Assembly (NCBI GenBank): GCA_043228905.1
Contig: JBHGNT010000007.1
Coordinates: forward strand, 11,160,001-11,224,000
Origin: Azolla caroliniana
Taxonomy: Eukaryota > Plantae > Polypodiophyta
DNA length: 64,000 nucleotides
Reading direction: 5' to 3'
The notes below the pieces were generated by a model that saw only the letters and a list, made by a program, of their open reading frames with translations, did not search any database and was not told the origin of the DNA. Each line of letters begins with the position of its first letter. Position 1 is the first letter of the stretch. Shown here piece after piece: positions 47,193-56,109 of this stretch. A program made the translations under genes and the position numbers.

Positions 47193-47806
47193 CCATTACC
47201 GTCGTTCGCTGCGAGAAAGCAGGAATCATGGTTGCCAAAACTGTGTTATTCGCTTAGCCGGACAAGGCCTAACACAAGGTGTCACGGAGACACTTCACCA
47301 AAGGGTGATTACGGCATAGGATTAAGATTCAACGATTACACCGACTTACGTAGGTTACGCGATTAGAATGCTTTGGTTAATTACATGCGTAAGATATAAC
47401 AGTAATTACAGAACGGAAATCAAGACAGAAGTATAAACATCATAAGCTCTATTAATTATCCGCTGTGATTACAATGGGGTCCGGGCCTTTAAATAGGTTT
47501 CCGGCCCGTAGTACAAAACGGTGCCTCCCGCACCTATTCGGGATCCGTCCGGATCTGGAACGGCATACCGTTTCCAGTCCGTCCGTCCACACTATGCTCA
47601 TTTACAACTATATTTAATTAATTCCTTCACTCCGTATTTTGGACTCCTTGCCGGCCGGTAACAGCTTCTGCAAGGTCCGACCCCCTCATCTTCTACTCCT
47701 CTGCCGCCTCTTCACGTCGGGTTCACCAAATATGTCGCGTTGGTACGCACGTGCATGGACAACAAGGCGGGACCACTGGGGTCTTGGACCGAGGAATAGG
47801 TGAGAA

Positions 47807-47845
<39 letters not shown>

Positions 47846-49353
47846 CGAGAGACGCTCACACACGTATAGACAAAGAAGCGCACGGGGACACAGCCCAACA
47901 ACATAGGAGACACGAGTTGAGAACACTAGCGTATGTATATAAATATGTGTATGTATTTGTATGTATGCAGACGACTCGAACGGTTACAACCGATTAGGTC
48001 GGCGAGATGGATGTCGGCGCCTGATCACCCACGCACACAGGAGAGCAAGATGGAGATTCTGCCGGAAGCACACGGGCATTCCACAGAGCAGGATCAGCCT
48101 CCTGAGAACCTGTGCAAAAGAAAGCTATGGAGAACGACAAAGAAGAAGAGCTCAGTCCTAGTCCGACAGCACTTCGTCCCCTCTAGCGCGCGATACCTTC
48201 TCTCCCCCGTCTCCCTCTCTTTTATAGCTCAAGGAGGGAGGCCGTTTCACCCGTTTACATCACATTAATTCTCTGTCCTTTCGGACAGAGATACTCCTCG
48301 ATTTCCCCTGTAGAATATTGCTACCTAGGATTTGACCTTTGTGCCTACCTATCCACTATACAACAAGGGGCGTGCCCACGTGTAAGGGCCGGTTCACACA
48401 CACTATACACGGTTTGCGCCTGGGGACGGTTTTCTTCACGACAACGGACAACTAAATGTCAAGATATGAGGGTATAAAGTTTGTGAAAGGAAAAGAGAAA
48501 ATTGTGAGATATCCCACATAGGCACAACAAATATGGCTCTCATCATATATAAGGTAGAGCAAAAGATATTATCTTTGTGCCTATGTGTGGAGCATAGAGA
48601 GTTCAAGGTAACTTGAACTAAGAGTGGAGGTGGGCTAGCTACTCGTAAAGGGTTTGGTATCCGACGACAAGCGGCGGCGGCATCCGACGACGGCATCCGG
48701 TGTCGCTGAGACGACGGCATCCGGCGAGGCACCAGTAACCGACGGCATCCGATGAATCGGCGTCCGGTGACTAGATAAATAAATATATAAATATATATAC
48801 ATATATACATATACAAGGAGGGCAAGTAAGGATTCAAACCTTGCACCTCCGAGTTAGGAGTCAATTGGCTTACCATTAAGCCATGCCATTTAGTTGAATT
48901 TATATTTCTATCATTGTACTTTTATATGTAAATTCTCATACATGAGAGCTAAAATGAGTGACATGGTTATCATGCACCACATGTAATACATAAGCGCCAA
49001 ATGGCAAACATGCATTTTATGCATGTCTTGTACCCTCACATGCATCATATGCATGAGAGCATCTATAAAAGGAGGGGGGAGGAGAAAAAACACGTTTTTT
49101 TGGGTTATGAAATTAAGAGGAAGAAATTCGTTATCAAATTGATCGTGTAACTTGTTTCTTAAATCCAAAGATAAAAGTTCAATCAATCTCTCTCAATCGT
49201 TTGATCTCAACTACTCTCTTTCCCAATCTATCTTAAGTACTTTCTCGCTAAAGCTTGCGCCAAAGCTTGTACCGACTTTGAACCCTTCCGGTCTGGAACC
49301 CCGGTGGTTCCGCCTCACGATCCGCACGTAATGACGGATCTTCACGACAACGT

Positions 49354-52300
49354 AGAGGAGGGCTTGATGGTCTACAAAAAACGAGAAACGTGACGCCAAG
49401 AGGTAATGGCGGAATTATTTTACGCTGTAAACCATGGCCAAAGCTTCTTGTTCCGTCATGGAGTAATTTCATTCTGCGGTGTTTAGTTGACGACTAGCGA
49501 AGGTGATCGGTAGGTCGAGTGCCCCTTCGATGGGTTGAGCTAGCACTGCACCAATCGCAAAGGCGGAAGCGTCGGTGTGAACGTGGAATTTTTTGGTCTA
49601 GTCTGGGGATCGGAGGATGGGGGCCTTAGTTAGGCACTCTTTCAAGAGCTTGAACGAGTGTGTGCACTCTTCCGTCCAAGTGTAGTGCTTTAGTAGGGCG
49701 TAGGGTGGTCTGGCCTTGTCTGCGAACATCTTAATGAAGCGTCTATAGTAACTTGCGTATCCCTTGAACCCTTGTAGTTGTTTCTCGTTCGCGGGAGGTG
49801 ACATGTCGAGGATGAGTTTTACTTTTGCCTCATCAGTCGAGATCCCATGCCAAGACACAACATGACCTAATATTAGTCCATGTTTGACCCAGAATTGACA
49901 CTTGAGTGGGTTGAGGGAGAGTTGATAGACCCTGCATTTTTCGAACGTCAAGCGGAGTAGCGCCAAGTGGTCATGTCATTTCGAATGGCAACATAAATCG
50001 TCGACATAGGAATCCACCCCTTGTTGTAACCTTGCCGCGAGGATATGGTATGCCACCCTTTGATAGGTGCTCAGGGCACTTGTGAGCCCGAAAGGCATTT
50101 GCTTATACGAGAATGTACCAATTTCGATGGCAAAGGCCGTCTTGTGTTGATCCTCGGGCACCACCGAGATTTGGTTGTACCCCGAGAACCCGTCGATGAA
50201 GCTGTAAGCTTCAGCTCCCGCGATTCTTTCAAGTAAATGCTCGATGTAGGGTACCGGGTAGTTGTCCTTGATGGTGGCTTCGTTGACTTGGCAGTAGTCG
50301 ACACATATGCGGATTTGGCCGTTTTTCTTCGGGACGACTACAATCGGGGAGACCCAAGTGGTTCGTTTGATCGGGTAGATGATGTATGCATCTAACATTT
50401 TGTTGATTTCGGCTTTTACTTGTTGGGCGTAGTTAGGATTCATTTGGCGCGGCCTTTGTCGGCCTGGGCGGGCGTCGGTTCGCACGGGGATACTATGGGT
50501 GACAACCTCAACCGGAACCCCTTTCATATCTACATACGACCATGCGAACACGTCACTAAATTCCGTGAGGAGGGTGATCAAGGACGTCTCCTCTTCCGAC
50601 TGGAGATCTGTGGCTATGAACACTGGTTTGGAGTCCATCCCCTTCCCGAGGTTGATTTCTTTAACCCTCGTCGGTCTGTCACATACCTCACTTAGGCTTT
50701 GACGGGTGCGTTGTGGTCTCTTACAAGCCACCGATTCCCTTGTTCATAAAGTTTGAATTGCTTTGGGAAGTCCACCTCTGTCGAGGTCTTTCGAGTGGTC
50801 GCAGCCTCACCTTGACATGCGACTTGTTGTGCGAGGTCTTCGTCTTTTACGTCTACTTGATTTCACTGGGGTACGAGGGTGGTGACGTTAAAGCAAGAGA
50901 TCATGTCTCCATCCTCGTCGCAACACTTTGTACCAATGGGATACATTGCATCGGTCGTGGTGAGAGTGTCTCCCCAATTCATCTCTTACGTATCGGAAGC
51001 TACAGATTGGTCTTCTCTTTCTCTTGCATTCTCCACTTTAGGATTGGCAGATTTTTGGGGGAATGGTTGGCCCCTGACCAAGATCTGAATTGTTTTTGTG
51101 GGGTTGCACACTAGGAGGTTGGTTTCGAACTCAGTGGTTTCTAACCAGTCATCCACGAGAGGGTTGCCCTCTTGTTCATGCACTTTTTGTGTGTATGCTT
51201 TGATGCGGAAGGTTTTGTTGTTTTTACACATATAGATTGTATCATTCCCAAAATCCATTACCATGCGGCTTACACGTAAGAATGGTCTTCCTAGTAAGCA
51301 CTCGTAGGCCACATGATTGGATGATCTTGTGACGACGAAGGTGAGATTGAACTCGACTCCGTGGATAGTAGTGATGTGTCGGGATCATGCCTTCCGGTTG
51401 TTGGATGGACCCATCTGCCATTTGTAGTTTGACATCTGAAGGAAACATTTTTGGGATCCCCCACTTACACCAACATTCGTAGCTGACGATACTTACCCCT
51501 GCTCCGGTGTCAATGATTGCATCACACGTCGTACCGTTGACGCAGATGGGTAGAGTGAAACTAGTATCGTCGCTCTCGAAGTGAGCTTCGCGTATATCGA
51601 CTGGTGGTGCTTCCGGTTGCTTGAGGACTGTGGACGTATGAGGAATGTGGGTGTGTATCTTTTCGCCATAACCTGCTGATAGGCTTCCATTGAGGCGGTG
51701 AAGGACGTTGTGCCATGGTTGGATGTCGAGTTTGAGTAGTTCTTCAAGCGTGAACTCTATTTCCTTGGCGAGTAGAGGTCGTAGTTGGGGGTTGTCGGCC
51801 ACGAAGGTGCCAATGTAGCTCTGTACTTCGCGTAATGTGAGTCGTAATCTTAAATTTAATATTTGTTGGAGCATAGCTGTGTTGACCTCTTTGATTGGGT
51901 TAGGATGGCAGGTGGGGGTGTAAGTTGATGTGACGACGAGGGGAGGTGTATCCATGTGTTGGGGGTGGGGGGTTTACCCATTCTTCGAGTTGATCGAAGT
52001 TTAAGCTCGGGATTTTTCGAACTGTTCATGGCGTATGAGTTTAATGTGCTCTTCGACCTTTTGTTTTTCAGCCACTGGGTTTGGGTATGCTGCTAGGTGT
52101 GTCGGGAGCTCTTGGTTAGGGTTGACGGGTATTAGTTCTACGTCTCCCTCTCGTTCTTGATCTTGTTTTGAGGCCTGTGTGGATGCATTTTTTCTGGATT
52201 TTCGTCTCTTATGCGTAGTTGCGGGGGGGGGGGGGGGGGGGGGTGGCTTTGATCTTGGTATTTTAAGTTATAAGCTACTCTTTGAGCTCGTGTGATGACG

Positions 52301-54822
52301 TTGGTGCCAACCGTTGATGGTACGTAGATAACCGATTTGCGCCAATCCTTTTCTTCTTTTCTGGGCAATCAGGTACTAAATGCTCCTTACCACACCTTGG
52401 GCATGAGGCTTCTCTTTGGAACCACTCGATAAGGTCTTGTGACTGTTGGGTGAGACTTTGCGCCGGTGGTTGTGGGGGTGTCGTGGTCGTTGTGCCATCT
52501 GATTCATGTTTGGTTGGGCACTCGCTAACCATATGTGGGCCTTGGCCGTTAAAACATTTCAATTTTGACCTCCTTAGACCATTATTGTTGCGATATCCCA
52601 TCGACGACCCTCGTTGTTCTCCTCTCAAGACATGGACTGGTATTTGGTCGCCTTCGAAGTCGACAAAGTGGGAGAGCACCTCTTCTTCAAACCCATACCC
52701 CTGGTATGCTTCATATTCGGGGGTGGCCCCCCCAACCTGAGTTTGGTTATCGGTGGTATATTCTTGTTCGGCTAGGCGAGTGCCAATACGCGGTAGTGGG
52801 GATTGTTGGGGAAGTATTGCTTGTAGTTGTGGGCGGCTAAACGGTGGAGGTGAGCGTGGGTGCTCTACCATTGGTGTTTGGCTATACCTTCCGTTTGGGG
52901 CTTGCCAACAGTTCTCTTGAGAATGCATCACGAAAGCTTTGCACCACTTACAGTATTGCGATCGTCGTTGGTGGAGGAGGGGGCACTCGTGCCCTGTGTG
53001 ATGGCCATGGCATACTGTACACCTTACATTTTCTCTTTGGGCGTATGCTTGGGGTCTTTCTATGCAGGGTGGTCTCGGTGGCATGGGTAGAGTGGGGTCT
53101 GAGGGCTTCTCACGGTTGTTCGTAGGCGCTTGAGTGGGTATCCGTAACCCACTCATTGAATCCTCGAAGGTCATCACTACCGTGCAAGCTTCAGCGAACG
53201 ACCGACACATCCTGGCAATCAGGAAATTTTGGAGCGTTGGATCGAACAAACCCATTGATGAAGCGGCTCATCAATTTGTCATATGACATCTTGTCGCTCG
53301 GGTTACAACGATGGTGCAGGCTTTTCATGCGGCGTATGTAGTCCCTGACCGTCTCGTTCGTTTTTTGCTTGAGGGCGAAAAGTTGGTCCATCGGGTTCCG
53401 TTTATTCCCTCGACGAGCGAAGTTTATCAAGAAATCTTCGATGACGTACTCAAAGTCTGCGACGATGTCCTCATTCGAGGTTCTAAACCAAATTCCGGCT
53501 TGGTCATCGAGTGTAAGCCCAAATGCGGCTACTTTGGTGGTCTCGGTGAGGGGTTAATAAGCGCGACAGCTCTGTTTGAACCTCTCAACGTGATCATAGG
53601 CGTCACCAAAACCGAGAAAACGGGGTACTAGTTTAGAAATGGAAGCACTCTTCCCGCTGTCGTTTGTAGAGTTTCTCGAATGGTCCGTGAGTGCTCGCTC
53701 TTTTTCCATCAATGCCACGAGGGTTTGGATGGATTGCAACGCTAGTCCGAGTTTGGCGTTTGGGGATGTTGAGGTAGTTTGGTCGGGTGTAGGGGTCGTG
53801 TCCATACGTGGTGGCGTCAGGTGTCGTTGCGTGTGGGCTTCGTTTGGACTGTAGCCCGTTGTGCTCGAATGCGGCGCGGGGCTACGCTAACGGCCTCGAC
53901 AATGCTTCTAAGAGGTGAAGTTTTTGTTCCACTCGTGCGAATCTGTCTTTCCTTTCGGCCAAAGACACTTTGATATCTCGGGTGATGCTTTTTGGTTGTC
54001 CTCCTTTCGCGAGTTGTATCGTCCATATATTGATTTCTTGTTCTATCACTCGTACCTCATGGGCGGTATCCCGTATGTGTCGCTCTACACTGAATGGGTC
54101 TGCCATTGGGCTCTCTTGTAGTGGGGGCGTGTTGAGAGGTGCTTTAGTTGCTGGGCTCGATGGGAGGTTCATGTTTGGTAGCGTCCCCGGTGTTAACCAC
54201 CCTCCGTGGTATCGAGTTGGGTTAGATGGGTCAGCACCGTGCATTTGGTTGGTTTGGGTGGACTCCTAGCATGTGGGTCGAGATTTGAACATCTCTGTCC
54301 ATGAGGATCCGGCCATGTTCTCTTGTCAAGCTTTGCGGGTTCGTCGAAAGATGATCCTTCGTCGAACGTTGTGGGTTTGGTAGACTCTAATCTTTCGTCA
54401 AACTTTGTGTGTTTGGCAAACTTGGACCTTTCGTCGAAAGGTGTGGGTTCGTCGAGCTTTGATCTTTCGTCGAAGGATGTGGGTTCGTCGAAAGATGTGG
54501 GTTCGTCGAACTTTGCTCTTTCGTCGAAGGATGTGGGTTCATCGAACTTTGTTCTTTCGTCGAAGGATATGGGTTCGTTGAAAGATGTGGGTTCATCGAA
54601 GGATGTGGGTTTGTCGAAAGATGTGGGTTCATTGAAGGATGTCGGTTTGTCGAAAGATGTGGGTTCGTCGAACTTTGATCTTTCGTCGAAGGATGTGGGT
54701 TCGTCGAAAGATGCGGGTTTGGCAAACTTTGATCTTTCATCGAAGGATGCTTCCCTTATCAAACTCTGATCTTTCGATGAACTTTGAGTGGGAAATTTGA
54801 ATTTGTTGGTGCCAACGGCCAT
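49354..54822 (-). pseudogene. Outer element gag-PR-RT-RH (5' part), fragmented
   Basis: QKTNETVRDYIRR gag, CTVCHGHHTGHEC, IIDTGAGVS protease, FIDGFSGYNQI and YVDDL RT, VDHQALLY. Confidence 0.9.
54330..54750. repeat. 18-bp minisatellite (~23 units, core TTCGTCGAA) at the start of outer gag
   Basis: GGGTTCGTCGAAAGATGT and variant units; translate as FDEPTS/FDERSK or STNPHL on minus. Confidence 0.92.
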
Positions 54823-55603
54823 TTCGTGTCTCGTAGGATGATCGTAATCAATGAGAATCGCGGTGATTATTCTTGCCCTGTAGCAGCTAAATCTCAACAA
54901 TGCTTAGCCTTAATCGGACGAATAGCTTGCTAATGTCCGGGCGATTAAGGGTAAATTAAAACTAAAAAAAAACAGAAAATTAACTTAATTAAAATGTGAA
55001 ATAGCGAGCATAAAAACAAAAAATAGTGGTTTCCTTTCGATTTCATCCCTCGTTAAGTGGGTTGCCTACGAGTGTTTGACCACCCAAAATCGGCTTCAAG
55101 CGTCGGTCGTGTCCCCGACAATGGCGCCAAATAGATGTGAAGGATCTATGTATCGATGGAGTTAGCTCCTCGATGTCGTTTGCGGAGTTCGGACCGGCGT
55201 ATACCCTTTTGATGGTGAATTGGCCGGAGATGGTTGTCAGGCACCTCTGAGCCTCACACTCACTTAACGATTAATAGATGATTAAGCACGATAACTCTCT
55301 CACTCTCTCAAGCTCGCTCTCATAGACAATAGGGTAATGAATATAGACAATAAGAGTAATGAATATGTTTATTAACCCTCTTTGCTAAGAGGTCTAACAC
55401 CAACAAGGAAGAGAGATTAGTGTTCTCTAACTAAACACTTCACTAATCTCTCTTAAGCTTAAAGGTTACAAGGAGGAGAGGAAGCTCTAGCTCTTAATCA
55501 ATAGGGAGATATTTACAAATGGAAGAACCCTTACAAAGCCACCACCATGTGGTTTATATAGCATTTACATTTAGGGCATGGGCCTTTCACACTTGGGTGT
55601 CCC

Positions 55604-55869
55604 TTAGACCTCTTTCCTCTTGCCATTCCCTTTTCGTAGGTCCTTTAGCCATACTACGTCCTTGTTGATGCGCTCTTCTTCATTATCGGTCGTGGTGCGA
55701 TCCAAGCGCTTAACACATTCTCCTTCCACGTTTGTTTTAGACCTCTTTCCTCTTGCCATTCCCTTTTCGTAGGTCCTTTAGCCATACTACGTCCTTGTTG
55801 ATGCGCTCTTCTTCATTACCGGTCGTGGTGCGATCCAAGCGCTTAACACATTCTCCTTCCACGTTTGTT
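55604..55869. repeat. 133-bp tandem duplication spanning the LTR end, TSD and flank
   Basis: TTAGACCTCTTTCC..TTAACA CATTC TCCTTCCACGTTTGT at 55604 and 55737. Confidence 0.92.
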
Positions 55870-56109
55870 AAGAATTAGGTAAGTAATTAAGCAAGGGTTA
55901 ATTAGTACCTAATTATGTGATTAAGTTAAGCGCGGAAGATTATGTGATATGTGTGTGTATATGTGTGAGAGGGAGAGAGAGAGAGAGAGAGAGAGATGAA
56001 GTTAGGAACAACACAAGATGAGTAACTATATTAAATTAACTTTATCATCATCAAATACAAAAATACCCACAATGAGGTATATATACATCTCATGTGCAAA
56101 GGTGCACAT

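Larger units (their letters stand above)
37862..47663 (-). mobile_element. Very young Athila/Tat-related Gypsy with an extra 3' ORF (LTRs 37862-38281 and 47244-47663)
   Basis: 420-bp LTRs with one mismatch that I could see. TSD GCTTC (37857-37861, 47664-47668). Inserted just before the host gag ATG. TATA-like CCTATTTAAAGG on minus. Confidence 0.96.
31508..48443 (-). mobile_element. Gypsy element with tRNA-Trp PBS and 4-bp TSD (5' LTR 47733-48443, PBS 47711-47728, PPT 32205-32216, 3' LTR 31508-32204)
   Basis: TSD ACGG (31504-31507, 48444-48447). Plus-strand TTCACGTCGGGTTCACCA matches the plant tRNA-Trp 3' end as I recall it. PPT GGTGGGGGCGGA. Confidence 0.93.
31345..49349 (+). mobile_element. 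Solo LTR (~1.07 kb; parts 31345-31507 and 48448-49349) inserted in the RNase H of the outer element and split by later insertions
   Basis: Termini TGTTGTGAAGA..TCTTCACGACA. 4-bp TSD ACGT (31341-31344, 49350-49353). Strand inferred from CTATAAAAGG at 49063. Confidence 0.85.
25627..55715 (-). mobile_element. Outer Athila-like (non-chromovirus) Gypsy, host of the nest (5' LTR 55136-55715, PBS tRNA-Asp 55111-55129, PPT ~26210-26221, 3' LTR 25627-26209)
   Basis: TSD CATTC at 25622-25626 and 55716-55720. PBS TGGCGCCATTGTCGGGGAC on minus. The pol frame resumes across the insert (VDHQALLY|VVNK). Confidence 0.93.

Noticed and set aside
47227-47243. Tf1-style self-priming site at the 5' LTR of the young Gypsy
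   Set aside because: I found no complement of TGGCAACCA within the LTR transcript.
32400-47300. Numerous plus-strand ORFs of 60-260 aa
   Set aside because: Antisense shadows of GC-rich gag-pol frames with no recognisable motifs.
48821-48887. Functional tRNA gene (also 27518-27582)
   Set aside because: Acceptor and anticodon stems do not pair properly; reported only as tRNA-like modules.
54330-54750. Possible CRISPR-like array
   Set aside because: Contiguous 18-bp units with no unique spacers, eukaryotic TE context and no cas genes.
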